Below are positions 26,794 to 39,540 of a DNA stretch of 64,000 nt, piece after piece. The stretch's first letter is position 1; every line of letters begins with the position of its first letter. Both the position numbers and the translations under genes were made by a program. Below the pieces are notes generated by a model. That model was not told the DNA's origin and did no database searches. It saw only the letters and a list, made by a program, of their open reading frames with translations. Location: NCBI RefSeq assembly GCF_006345805.1, contig NC_043002.1:115506001-115570000 (forward strand). The letters run 5' to 3'. The DNA comes from Octopus sinensis. Taxonomy: Eukaryota.

Positions 26794-27668
26794 GACGAGC
26801 TTCTTTCAGTTTCCGTCTACCAAACCCACTCACAAGCCTTTGGTCGGCCTGAGGCTATAGTAGAAGACATTTGCCCAAGGTGCCACGCAGTGTGATTGAA
26901 CCTGGAACCATGTGGCTGGTAAGCAAGCTACTTACCACACAGCCACTCTTACGCCTATGTTGACAAATTTTCTTGACTGGAGGCATCAGTTAAAGTGAAA
27001 ATGTGAAATCGAATTTTTATAGACGGCATCAGATAGGCTGTATGGTATTCCCAAAGAGAAGACCTTTCCAAGTTATTCAACTTTTCCCGGGAAAATATTT
27101 AAAAAAAGTTATAGAGGTTTAAAGTTTGATCATTTTCACCCACTGAAGAAACCCAATTCCAAAGCTGTCATTCTGTGCGTGACTGCGCATTTTGTCAACA
27201 TCCTGAAAGAGCACTTTTGTTTTGATATGAAACCACAGAATTACGCACGACATATAACCTCTTATAACTTCTTTAGTTTTCGGAGTTTTCAGAAATTTTT
27301 TGCGAATTTGAATTCTATACGCGGGACTTCATATGATTATGCAAAAAAAATTGTAATGGAGTGTGATTTAAGGCCTAGGCCTATTTGGCTGCTATTTTTA
27401 GCCCGCATGACAACCATCTCAAAGACTGCGACAAAAATATTCGATCGATAAACAAGTCCGCTTTTTTTTATACAAAGGGACTACTCATGCGAGTAGTCAA
27501 ATCGACAAAAGTGTATCCTTATTCTAAGCATGCCTAGATATCAGTAAATGCAGACTTAATTTCTAAAAATTCATTATCACCCGCCAAAATCTTAAATCGC
27601 CCACCATTTTCTAGAGATTCGCCCATCGCCCACCTCTAAGTTCAAATCGCCCACTTTGGGAAGATATG
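24458..27668 (-). mobile_element. hAT (Buster/Charlie-like) DNA transposon with a dead transposase (about 24885-26986), interrupted by a SINE
   Basis: TIRs CAGTGTTTCCCAAA and TTTGGGAAGATATG, 8-bp TSD CTTTAGCT/CTTCAGCT and ATCGCCCAC subterminal repeats. Translations include a BED finger (PKCLFC...MKPSRLKYH), FSIQVDEST, CLAHRQHL, TEVRWLSKG and a C-terminal RGDV...HQTHGSH*. Confidence 0.92.
26555..26957 (-). mobile_element. tRNA-derived SINE with an internal (TA)n/(CA)n tract
   Basis: Near-identical to the copies at 50854-51275 and 52556-53003. Head GGAGTGGCTGTGTGGTAAG...GGTTC, tail GACTGAAACAAGTAAAAG. Confidence 0.88.
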
Positions 27669-27949
27669 CTTCAGCTGTTCAACACTTCTGGCCTAAAACC
27701 ACCACCTCCTCTTCAAATACTCTCAAGTGGAAGTATTTAACTTTTCCTTTACTCTGATTTTTTTTTTCCTGTCTTGCAAATTGCTTAGGAATCTCACTAG
27801 TGCCAGTGGCATGAAAAAAAAGGTACCCAGTACACACTGTGATGTGGGTGGCATTAGGAAGGGCATTCAGCCGTGGTGGCCATGCCAAAGCCGACAATGG
27901 AGCTCAACACAACCCTGCAGTTTACATAATTCTGTCAAACTGGTCATAT

Positions 27950-28065
27950 ATGATGACATATATATATATATATGATGACATATATATATATGATGACATA
28001 TATATATATATATATGATGACATATATATATATGATGACACATATATATATATATATATATATAC
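27950..28065. repeat. Minisatellite of (AT)n interrupted by GATGAC, about five units
   Basis: Seen directly in the sequence. Confidence 0.85.
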
Positions 28066-28257
28066 ACAATGGACTTCTTTCACTTTCTGTCTTCTAAATT
28101 GACTCACAAAACTTTGGTTGGCTTGGGGTTATAATCAATGTTACTTGCCCAAGGTGTCACGCAGTGGGACTGAACTTGACTGCATGGTTGGAAAGCAAGC
28201 TTCTCAACAACTCAGCCATGCCTTATCATTATTATTATTATTATTGTGTGTGTGTGA

Positions 28258-28545
28258 GTGAGTGGAGGCACAATGGCCCAGTGGTCAGAGCAGCAGTCGG
28301 AGGATCGCGGTTTCGATTCCCAGACCAGGCGTTGTATGTGTTTATTGAGTGAAAATACCTAAAAGCTCCACGAAGCTCCAGCAGGGGTTGTGGTGACCCT
28401 TGTTTTTACTCTTTCGCCCCAACTTTCTCTCGCTCTTTCTTCCTGTTTCTTGAATAATGCTGCGATGGACTGGCGTCCCGTCCAGCTGGGGGGAACATAT
28501 ACGCCAAAGAAACCGGGAAACTGGCTAGGCTTGAAAAGGGCGCAT
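28258..28545 (+). mobile_element. tRNA-derived SINE of another family
   Basis: A box TGGCCCAGTGG and B box GGTTTCGATTCC, followed by a non-tRNA body ending in (TA)n. Confidence 0.65.
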
Positions 28546-28858
28546 AAATATATATATATATATATATGAGAAAGAGAGAGAGTGGCTGATCAAGGCTTGG
28601 ATAATTCTTATTATGGCTCTACTCAATCTGGAATTAAACTACAACACTTTGATATATATTCTTCTGGTTTTTCTAAATCACATGAGTCTCCTATCAGTGC
28701 GGATGGATAGTCCATATAACAAAATGCTAACCAGGATACTTCATTGTACCTGTATGACATCTGTTCTGTTCAAATCTTAATCTATTACCTGATTTATGAC
28801 TTTATCCAGTTCCCTAGGTAACTTTAGGGGTGTACACTTTGTTACAAGCATATATGAC

Positions 28859-30396
28859 TTTTTGTTAATGATTAATAAATATTTTTTTCAATTGGTCACA
28901 ACAGATTTTTGTTCTGTCCACGAACCAAATATAAAAATAGAAACAAGCATAACTTTTTTCTTCCTTGTACATTTGGTTAAACAAATAATCCAATCATCAT
29001 CATTTAACGTCCGCTTTTCATGCTAGCATGGGTTGGACGGTTCAACTGGGGTCTGGCAAGCCCGAAGGCTGCACCAGGCCAGTCAAATCTGGCAGTGTTT
29101 CTACAGCTGGATGCCCTTCCTAACGCCAATAGTAATTATTTTTTTCCAAAAATATGTCAGAATCCCGTCTGAGCATAATTTTCTCTTAGAAGCTCTGTAA
29201 AAAATAAAAAGTTTTGAGTGCTACTCTTCCTCCTTGAAAAAAAATCATGAAAAAAAATCTTTAATAATCTCTAGTTTTGATAAAACAATTCACATAAGCA
29301 TTCTCATCACTTTGTCCTTCTCATACTCACTTTCCCTGGGCCCAGACAAACTACTACACACACAGTCCTTCCACCCTGAATGCTATTCTAGAATAGGGCA
29401 TCCAGCTGTAGAAACTCTGCCAGATCAGACTGGGCCTGGTGCAGCCTTCTGGCTTCCCAGACCCCAGTTGAACCGTCCAACCCATGCTAGCATGGAAAGA
29501 GGATGTTTGATGATGATGATGAATACCCCTTGCTGCATTTGTTTCCTGCAGCTGTTGACTTGTAGCATTTGAGACAAAACATTGACTGTATTGATCTCAA
29601 CAGTCTGAAATGGCCTGCAAAGGCCATGCTACATCCTTTTCAGACCAAAGCAATGAGTAAGAAAATGTATCAATAACACTTGTCATTATTTTACCAAAGG
29701 TGTTATGATATGAAATATGAATAATCATAAATTCTGAAAAAGTAAAGTGTTTACATTCAAATGTATTAAGATTACTTTAATCCTTTAACATTTAAACTGG
29801 CCATATCCAGTCCAAATATTCCACCTGTTTTACATTAGACCCAGCTAGATCTGTCCTCTCACACCTATTGTCCAATAGGATTCTGAAACTAAATCACATG
29901 GAAATCTTGAAGCTACAAAATAATGCATAATTAATTCAAAACAATATGAATAAATAAGCATGACATTTAACAGAGCAATCTGAATGCAAAAGGCTTGAGG
30001 CAATCCCTACCATAACTTTTCTTGTAAGCTTATATTAAGTGATTCTAAAGGAAAACTTGTTTTGCTGTGTTTGCCATTGAGCTTTCTTTGTACTCTTTAG
30101 AATTCATCCCCCAAATGATGTCTTATTTACAGAGAAATACTGTCTCAAATTCACACAAATGTTTCTTGTATATTCCATGCTCAGATTCAGTGTTTCTTGT
30201 ATATTCCATTGTGTTCCCCACCAAAATTTTTAGAGCATATTTTTGGAAAATAATAATTACTATTGGATTATTTGTTTAACCAAATGTACAAGGAAGAAAA
30301 AAGTTATGCTTGTTTCTATTTTTATATTTGGTTCGTGGACAGAACAAAAATCTGTCGTGTCCAATTGAAAAAATATTTATTAATCATTAACAAAAA
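28859..30396. mobile_element. Element or pair of elements bounded by about 165-bp, near-identical inverted arms
   Basis: 28859-28994 plus 29131-29155 is the reverse complement of about 30235-30396 with only a few mismatches. The left arm is split by an RTE tail. Confidence 0.65.
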
Positions 30397-31149
30397 TATG
30401 TTGTTGTTCCCACAATCGAAAACAATATTTACATCTAGGAAGTTAGTTTGTGTGTGCCACCAATAATAGTGAATTGTAGTAGTCATTGAATTCCATGGTG
30501 AGTGGCGTAAGTTTCTGTAGTAACTGGCTTTAGTTGTGTTACAACCACCAGTCAGTTTACCAGACAAACCATCTTTCTATTCCCAATGGTCTGTCAAAGA
30601 GAAGACACCAAAGACAAAATCATTGACATTCTAATATGTTGTTCATCCAAAAATTGTGAAGTTGTTTACAGCTTTCATGGTCAGCCCAGCTATTCATACA
30701 AACAAATTCTTATGGGTCAGAATGGTTAGTGGCTTTCTGATATAATCCATAACAAGATCCTGTTTTGATGTCTACAATTACTTTCACTTCTGAACACAGT
30801 GATTTGGGGTTCAATTTCTAGTTGGTGCTTGGGACCCTGCCAATATTCCTGCTACACACACACACACACACACAAAGAAATCCCTTGCATTGTAGATGTA
30901 ATGCATTTCTAAAAATCTTTCTGTAATGCAAAATTTTTACATTGATATTCATGTTATGAAGTAAGGTGTATTCTGAGGGATTTTTTAGAAAGTAAAACAA
31001 GCAACTCAACTTGAAAATAACAGTTTTTAAATATATGTAGTACAATGTGTATGCATAAAATATTTGATGAGAAATATGTTAGGGAATGAATAAGAATCAA
31101 AATACCATAATAAGGTGTTCTTGCCACAAAAGATGCTCACTACTGTGTG

Positions 31150-33150
31150 AGAAGTGGTAATGGAATGAGAGTTACTGAGAGGGTGTCTTATAGTTCATCA
31201 TCATCTGCTTGTTGGGTGGGGAAATTTCCCAAAGTTTGTTGTTGTTTAGGGTGCACCTTCTCTTTGTATAGTTCAGTGGAAGAACTGAACTCACAGTCAA
31301 CTACTTTTGTATTTTTTGTTACATTCACTATAAGCAGTAACTAGCAGACCCTCTTCCTATAAGTACCAACCTTTTAGCAATATTCTTTGCAGTTAACGTA
31401 AATGGAGTTAATGAAATTTCCATATTCTCGTCTGATTCTGAGCTTATTCTTATCCTAACAGCATCAGTTCCTGATTAGATAAACTTCCTCTATGAGACTC
31501 TAATAACTCAGGTACATCATCATATACGACTTCTTCAGTCCCACATTATTTACAAGTGTCACAGTTACCTTTCTGAATTGAATGTAGACTTCATACTTGT
31601 GGAAAACTTGTATAGTCATAGATTTAGTCTGACCATATATTATGCCAAGTACCATTCAAAGCTGAGTGTTTCACTTCTTCCCATGACTCAGCTATCCACA
31701 GTTTCAATTATGTTTAACTTCTTCCAAAAGTCTCTAACTGTAGGTTTATCATCCTTGTCAGTTGCTTTCATAAGTTGTTTGAAGTTATCTATCCTACCTT
31801 GATCTATTGGCTGGAGCAAAGAAGTTGTATTCTTGGGGATCTATTCAACTTGCATAATATCAGAAAGCTCATTTAAGTTCACTGGGTAGCTTGATACAGT
31901 GTCTAAAAGGAGCAATACTTTGTTGGATATATAGCCAGCACTATAAAACAGGACAAAAAAGTATTTGTAAACCACTCTTCAAAAAGGTTCTTAGTCCTCT
32001 ATGCCTTCTTATTTGAATGCCAAATCAGAGGTAGATTAATCTTCACATAGTTTTTGAATGAGTAAAGGCTTTAATTTAACACTAGCAGTATAGCCAGCGT
32101 TGCTCGGGTTTCTTTTCTTTTTCGACCCTTTAGAATTGGAATTTTTGAAAAGTAAACATTTTGCATTATGTAGCTTGTTACTCTCTTTAAGTGAACATTT
32201 TTCTGGTTGAAATACACCGAAAAATAGCGACACAGCAGTCAAAAAATCGTAAAAAATTGGGATTTTCATAGAAAAAAAAGTACCTTTTTGATGTAAATAA
32301 TTTTTGGTGTTAACATAGTCCGATTTGAATTTTTTTCTTCTACAGAAGGAAGAGCAAGCCTTCTTCTATCATACTCTCAATTTTGTTCAACTTGTGCTGC
32401 AGGGTCTCGGAGGAGATAGTGTTAGTTGAAGGCTACCAAACCTTCCACACACACACACAACTTCAGCTTTATATATATAGATTACCAGTGGCAATAATAC
32501 CCAGATGAAGCATCAGACGACTTTTGAAAGCTTTATTATTGGTTTCCTGTTTCTTCTTGAGAAATAAAGTTCAAGCAGGATTGCACCTCCAGTGAAGCTT
32601 GATCAACATTGTATACTTGCTCTGGTGTGTGGCTCACTTCAATATTCATTAGAAGTAGCTTCTGCATCAGCAGCAGTAGCTTCACAAGTCATTTTTATGA
32701 ACCTTTACTGACTGGAAAAGGATTACAAGTTTCACCTTTTTCTTCTAATCATTATACAAACTTTTGGCTACTTTTTTTTATTATCATCATCCTGCTTATC
32801 AGCCCATTACTCAAAGTGTGATATTCAATCTATACACTCAAGAGCCATTCCATTTTAAACTTTACTTTAGATCTTTGAAAAATAGGGTTAGAGCAGTTAA
32901 TGGAGTAGGTTCTTGAATACATGACTTAATTTTCTCTCTATTGACATGTATTGTTCTCAATGTTGGTATTGCATGCTTTAATATTTTGGCAATGGGATTG
33001 ATTTTATTCTCCTGCATCAAACCTATTAAAGCATCAAGTTTAATATTGAGTGTAATCCTTTTATGGTTGCGTTTCACACACCTACCTTCTGTTCCAAATA
33101 TAACTTCTTTCCTGACATCTTGAATTGTAGATAGCAGTAACAATCAATGA
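31150..33150 (-). mobile_element. Old pogo/Tigger transposase remnant interrupted by a Helitron
   Basis: CENP-B-like N-terminus KRNHKRITLNIKLD (ORF 32862-33143). Further fragments read ATGN|VKLKPLLI, LPLIWHSNKKA..FEEWF, KVLLLLD and SWEEVK...TWHNIW. Confidence 0.78.
32082..32481 (-). mobile_element. Non-autonomous Helitron, 400 bp
   Basis: On the minus strand it starts TCTATATATATAAAG and ends CCCGAGCAACGCTGGC...CTAG, inserted between A and T with no TSD. Removing it restores GGT AAT GTT AAA TTA AAG of the Tigger ORF. Confidence 0.88.
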
Positions 33151-33519
33151 TTATCCACAACAAATGGGTATTAAAAAAAAAAAATTCACCAAGATAGGAC
33201 TGTTTTGTCTTATTTCTATGGATGCAAAGATGGAAATGTGAAGGTAAAACAGTGAAGGGCGTATGATTGGAGGATGTACTGTATGATTACATTTAGTTGG
33301 AGGTTCATGGATACTTTGTTCCTTGCAACTCTGAATTGAGCTATCAAAACTCTGCCCTCTACTCACATGCATGCATACACACACACACACCAGCCATTGA
33401 GTTGACATATTGCAGATGTAGCTATAGGCATTGCTATCATCCCATTGTTGCTGCCAGTTGGTTATTCAAAAGTTGGTGGTGGTGGTGGTGTTAGCTGTCT
33501 TTATTTTGCTGATGGGAAG

Positions 33520-34550
33520 GGTATTGTCCATAGTGCTTGTAGTCATATTATTCTTCTTAATTGTATTGTTGTTGCATCTGTCTTAAGTCAATCCTCATTG
33601 ACCTAAAATCAAAAAAAATTTCATTCAACTTTTAAAATACACTATTTATTCCTATTATATCAAGATTTTAAGGTATTGACTCCATAGAATTTCATTGTCT
33701 TCTCAATATAACAGCTTATGAGGAACAAGGTATAACATACAAACATGCATAGAAATTGGCTTTTCTTTAAAGCCAAAATGCTTTCTTAAAATCTTACTGA
33801 AAAGCAAGTAAAAATCTTTAAACTCCTACAGATGTCTTGCAAACAACTTGCACATGCAAGTGCTACCAGTTAAAAGCTCCGTATACCGGAAGCTAGCAAG
33901 TGTATGGGGTCATCAGGAGAGAATGCGCGCCGTTTCAGGGCCTACCTCTCGACGGCATCAATGCGCACCGGCCCCCCTCACTCAATTACATCATTGTTTA
34001 TGTCTAATTTCCCATGAATTTGTGTTTGGTTGACTTGAGTGCTGAATCTCCAGTTCCAGCAATAGTTATATGCAAGTCCCATCTACCTTAATAGCTTTGT
34101 CCCATTGATTTTATGTTCCCTGAAAATATTGGTGACACAAGTGTTGAGCAGGGAGAGCGTTTTCATTGGAATTTATCAAGGTCACTGTAGAGATAGTGCA
34201 GCTTTAGGCTCAGTATTTGCTCCCAACTTTTGAAAGTTTTCTAGCATGCTGTCAACTATTTCAGCATAGTTTACTACTTTCTTGTTGCCCAGAAAGTCAT
34301 TTACACCTATTATAAATGAATTCCATGCTGCTGCTTCAATGCAATCCATTGAATTACCAAGTTCCCATTTTTCATCAATTTACTGATCTGAGGCCCATCA
34401 AATACTCCAGCTTCTATCTTTTCACTGCTTATTCCGCAAAATGTGCTACAGATATAGGGAAAGTAACAAACTGCTTCATAATTCCATGTTTGATATGGAG
34501 TGGAGGTAGAATGGTTTTTCTCCTTTGAACTAAAGGCTCTTCAACCACAT
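33520..34550. mobile_element. Rearranged DDE transposase remnant of the '...H..H...EQGERFHQD' type (Chapaev/Transib-like; superfamily assignment tentative)
   Basis: Minus strand 34168-34410 reads EAGVFDGPQISKLM...EAAAWNSF...FLGNK...LENFQKLGAN.SLKLHYLYSDLDKF. Plus strand about 34113-34167 reads FPENIGDTSVEQGERFH. Confidence 0.65.
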
Positions 34551-34552
34551 CA

Positions 34553-35016
34553 AAAAACTCTATAGCTTATGTTGCAGTCATATTTTCTTGTTTATTGTAT
34601 TGTTGTACTTTAATCTAAGGTCAATCCTCATTGACCTAAGATCAAAGATATTTCGTTTGACTTTTAAAATGTACTAGGGTACCACATTATCTCTTGTCAT
34701 TGTCATTTATTTTAGATAGTTGCTTATCTTGTTCATACTATTGTTGTTGTTGTTGTTGGTCATTAAGGAGTGGGTAGGTTGTATAGGTCTTCTAACACCC
34801 AAACCTATACAACCACCATTATCACCAACCCACCAACTCCTTAATGACCAACCATAACAACAATAGTATGAACATGATAAGTAACTCTACCTAGTGTGTT
34901 TAAAAGTTGAATGAAATGTCTTTGATCTTAGGTCGATGAGGATTAACCTAAGATCAAATACAACAATAATACAATTAACAAGAACAATATGACTGCAACA
35001 ATAGCTCTAGTAGAGC
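34553..35016. mobile_element. Foldback MITE (long imperfect palindrome) related to the end at 33535-33650
   Basis: The left arm GTTGCAGTCATATT...GACCTAAGATCAAAGA...CATACTATTG...GTTGTATAGGT is complementary to the right arm 34805-35016. Confidence 0.72.
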
Positions 35017-35157
35017 TTTGTGTGTATATGTGTGTATCTGGCCAACTTTTTTCCATGTTCTAAAAGTAAATACCTAATCTTTCTCAACTGTTTTTACAGC
35101 TATTCTGCATTTGAAATTTACCTTCTTGTTTGTAAAATTGCACTTCTAAAGTTTGTT

Positions 35158-35191
<34 letters not shown>

Positions 35192-35696
35192 CGGGAAGCT
35201 TTATGAAAATAAACAAAAGACGAAGGCAGGTGGAAAACAAACGAACAATTGTATTAGTATGGCGATCAGGAAATATAAATATAATGAAATATATAAATAT
35301 AATGAAAGAAGGTTTGAAAAAGCAATTTTAAAAGATGTTTATTCACTTAACCGGTTTACTTTTTTAGAAAAAGATTGTCAAAAGTAACATGTAAAAGCTT
35401 TGTTGTACAGGTTGTCACAAAATATTACAATATATATATACATTCTTTGATAATAATAATAAGAGAATGTTAAAAACAGTTTACAGAAATAATTTTTTTG
35501 AGAAATTATTAACCTATTATGAATTCAACCGAAATCATGTTTGCTAGGAAGTATCTATATATATATATATACACGGAAAATTATAAGTTCAAAAAGGTCA
35601 TATTTTGGTAGCATATATTTGTGTTTTCTTATGTTTATGTTTTCCAGTTTCAGCTCTTGAGCTGTGGCCATGCTGGGGCACCACCTTTATATATAA

Positions 35697-36463
35697 GACA
35701 GTGTCCTGTGGAACACCGCTCACTATTTGTGTGTTCATAGAGGTGGCTCCATTAACCACTACTGCCTGACTCCTATCTTTCAGGAAGTCATGCAACCACA
35801 CTCCAAGTTTTCCAGCTATGCCGAGGTCACGTAGTTTGTGGCATATCATACCATTATATACCTTGTCAAAAGCTTTTGCAAAATCAAGGTATATTAATTT
35901 CACATTTGATTTGTTGAGTAACTGCCTCAACACCCAGTCATAATGCTGTAAGAGCTGGGTCAGGCAGCTCCTACCTGATCGAAAACCATGCTGGGTATTA
36001 CTCAGCAAGTTATTTTCCTCAAGGAATGCGATTAGTTTCTTTCTGACTATCCTTTCCATGACTTTGCTGATGTGTGAAGTCAGAGAGATAGGCCTATAGT
36101 TTTTGGCATCTGCTCTACTTCCCCCTTTATGTATTGTGCATATTATTCCCTCCTTCAGCTTGCTTGGCAGTTTGCCATTCGCAAGAAAGCTCTGGAAGAG
36201 AATCTTGAGGGGTTTTGCCAGGGCATGCTTACACGCTTTGAGGAGGATGGCTGGGAAACCGTCTGGACCAGCAGCTGAGTTTGTGTCCACTTCATCTATG
36301 GCTAGTAGGACATCTTTTTTGCTAATGTCAATACATTCTACTGTAACTGCCTCGCTGGTTATAGGTGAGGCGGCAAAGAAGTCCACTGGTTCGTTCACTT
36401 GTCTGCGTTCCAACGGGGTGGTAAAGACACTTTTGAACTGGCCATTCAGCATCTCACTGATCA
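35697..36463 (-). mobile_element. CR1-group LINE reverse-transcriptase fragment, running into the assembly gap
   Basis: AGPDGFPAILLK...NYRPISLTSHISKVMERIV...QHGFRSGRSCLTQLL...YLDFAKAFDKV, breaking off at VPQDTVL. Confidence 0.9.
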
Positions 36464-36563
36464 NNNNNNNNNNNNNNNNNNNNNNNNNNNNNNNNNNNNN
36501 NNNNNNNNNNNNNNNNNNNNNNNNNNNNNNNNNNNNNNNNNNNNNNNNNNNNNNNNNNNNNNN
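36464..36563. other. Assembly gap of 100 N
   Basis: A run of exactly 100 N, typical of a placeholder gap of unknown size. Confidence 0.98.
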
Positions 36564-36594
<31 letters not shown>

Positions 36595-37089
36595 CATGTA
36601 GATGTGTATGTGTGTGTATATATATATTTATACACATCCTTATTCAATTTTAGTGATGACTGAATTGGTTTTTTATGTTTTTTGTTTGAAATTATGACTA
36701 ACCCTCTTAACAATTATATAAATTTCACATTACCATTTTACTGAATCAGCCATTGATTCCTATAGTTATTTCTATACATACTGATTAGGGATCTCAGCCT
36801 ACCTATCAGCAACTGAGTAGCAGAGTAGCATCACCAATGCGGATTAATTCCTTTCAAAATCACCTGTCAATATGGCGCTCCCACCTCCTGTGTGGTTCTC
36901 TCCCTTGTTGGTGAATAGAATTGTGCTCTGTTCATGGGTAAGAGTTCTTTGACTCTTATTTCTAGCAATCCTGGTGCAAACTTGCACCCTTATTCACTTT
37001 TAGTGATAATTGAATTGTTGCTTTTTGATTTTAAGTTGCATCTAGCCACCTTAATAATTTTATATATGTATATATATAAATGTATGTGT

Positions 37090-37820
37090 GTATCTTTGTC
37101 ATCGTTTAACGTTTGTTCTCCATGCTGGCATGGGTTTGACGGTTGACCGGCTGGCAAGCTGGAAGGCTGCACAAGACTCCAGTCTGATTTGGCATGGTTT
37201 TCTATGGCTGGATGCCCTTCCTAATGCCAACCACCCCTAGTGTGTAAAGGGTGCTTTTACATGCCACCTGCATGGGTGCTATTTGCATGACACTGGGGTA
37301 CCTTTATGTACCACTGGCACAGGTGCCATTTGCATGACTACAGTATCTGTCACAAATGTGATTTTTCTTGGCTTGATGGGGCTTCTTCCCAAGCATGAAA
37401 GAATGCCAAACATTTCAGTTATTGCTTCCATGAGGCCCAACACTCAAAAGGAACTCAGCCACTTTGTCTCTGTGAGGCCCAACGCTCAAAAGGTGTTTAT
37501 GTACCACCAGCACAGGTGCCAGTTACTACGACTATGATTCTAGACCTTGTTTGCATACCTGTAACTTAGTCTCTAGTTCAGGTAGGGATTCAGTTATTAG
37601 AGCAAGGTCAACAGCATAGCGGAGCTCCCAGGGGCAGCCTTTGTGGCCCACCTGATTTACAGTATGGGTGAGTATCTCATAACCCACATTGCCAGATATT
37701 TTAAGCACCTCAGTGGTGATTCCTGATGGGCTGGGGGCTTTTCCTGTCTTCATATCCTTAATTGCTTTATCTACCGTGGAACTGTTGATTTGGGTAGCCA
37801 GTCCCTTAATTGGGTCAACA
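37090..37820 (-). mobile_element. Internally deleted RTE LINE
   Basis: MKTGKAPSPSGITTEVLK is joined directly to GCPWELRYAVDLALI, followed by an RTE-type 3' tail. Confidence 0.78.
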
Positions 37821-37989
37821 TTATATATATATATATAAGTTCAGTAAAATTTAGATTCTGATGAATATGGTACTTAAGTTGAAGGCACCAGAATTTAGTA
37901 TGGTATTATCCATATAATTTAAAATAAGGTGATTATAATCAACAAGGATATATCCTTGTTGCTTATTTTGATTATTTATATATATATAT

Positions 37990-38029
<40 letters not shown>

Positions 38030-38032
<3 letters not shown>

Positions 38033-39540
38033 CATGATGCAAAAAGGGGTTAAAGAAGTTTGTTTTTCAATTTTCCAGGAGACATCCTCCTAAGAAAGCA
38101 TTGTATGCAAAATTTGGGGTTGAAAAAGAGAAAAATTAGAGGTTGCTACCCAGTTTTAAAAATAAATGTATATCAGTTTGTGCTGAAAAATAATGTTTTG
38201 TTGATATTTTCACCTGAACCGGTTTGATATGTACCTAGTTAACCTAGTTTAAAAAAAAAAAACAGAAAACGGTGACATTATAGGCTATGGCACGTTGTGC
38301 TGTACAGCATATAGCAGGTTAACTTTTTTTATGTGGAAGTTTCCCCAGTAGGCATATCATAACAACTTATGTAAGTTTATTTTTGTGTTTTTTGTGAAGC
38401 AAGAGTAATGCTTTTTTGTTTTTGTTTGAGAATGACAACCTGTAACTTTTAACAATTTGAAGAAGGTATTGTTTCTGCTCTTCATCATTGGTTATCAGTT
38501 TGTTGAATTCCTCCATCTGTCGTACACCTCTTTCCACAATGTTGTTTACCAGTTTGAGTCCATATGCGATATCTCTTGCATTTGCATATCGTTCATCATC
38601 ATTCTATTGTTCAACATCTTTTTCAAGAAAAGTGCAAGGCACCTATAGGATTTCAAAGAATCTTTTTGTGTTGGCAGTAACGAAATCCTCCAATTGTTTC
38701 TGCCTAGCTGATTCAGGATTTATTTGCTCGGTTTTGAGTCAACTGGTTTCTGCAGAGCATGTGACATTTTGTACTTTGTCTCATATGAAACAGCTGAATC
38801 AAAAAATGCAAGTGCTACAAACTCCTCAGAGAGGTACCACAAATGTCTCAAAAACTTATTGAATGCAGCACTTGTAATGTTGTCATCCTTTTGCTTGTAG
38901 AGCAGCAGACTTTGCACAAAATGCAAATCTGAAAGTGGGGGGCATGAGGATATGGATGCCAGGTATCACAATCTGATGTATATCGCAGCTGAAAAGCAGC
39001 AAACATCTCCCAGTCCTTTTTCCTCTCTCTCAATTTAAACTGAGATTTAAACATCCAAATTTTAATGCATAAATTAGCTTTGCCATCCAACATGCTCTGT
39101 GATAAGCCCTGGGTGCTTTAAAGCTGATTCCTGATTTGGGGGTACTACCGAGGAAAATGAGCATTAGCTCAAGCAATTCCTTGTAGTCATCAAACTGAGC
39201 TTGAGCAAATTGAATGATTTCTTCAGCATCTGAGATTTTCTCTGCAATCTTAGGATCATCTGTTGCTGTTTGGTATTTGTTCTTGTCAATTTCCACCCAC
39301 TTAGCTATGAATCTCTTAAACAGTTGCACGTCAGGGCCAGTTGAAGATGGCAAGGAGATAGGAAATGTACAATAAATACAAACTGAGAAATAACAATATA
39401 CAAAATGTTCAGTGGATGGTTGCAACCTCTAAAATGTCTTCAATTGTGCTGAAATTTTGCATGTTGTGTTTTTGCACTGAATTAAATAAAATTAGAGGGT
39501 ATCTTCAAGTTTTTGAAATAAGTTATTTTGCATCACCCTA
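38030..39540 (-). mobile_element. hAT-superfamily (hATm-like, tentative) DNA transposon with a dead transposase
   Basis: The right end is TTTTGCATCACCCTA and the left remnant is TGATGCAAAA. Translations include GPDVQLFKRF...DDYKELLEL..IFLG...HRACWMAKLIY...RHLWYLSEEFVALAFFD...VERGV...EEQKQYLLQ. Confidence 0.75.

Noticed and set aside
30420-30760. Possible second hAT transposase remnant on the minus strand
   Set aside because: There is only faint resemblance to the TDGAPAMxG...THC region, with several stops. It is too weak to list as a feature.
35598-36713. 371-aa ORF in the track
   Set aside because: It spans the 100-N gap and joins a microsatellite, a LINE RT fragment and a SINE tail. It is not a gene.
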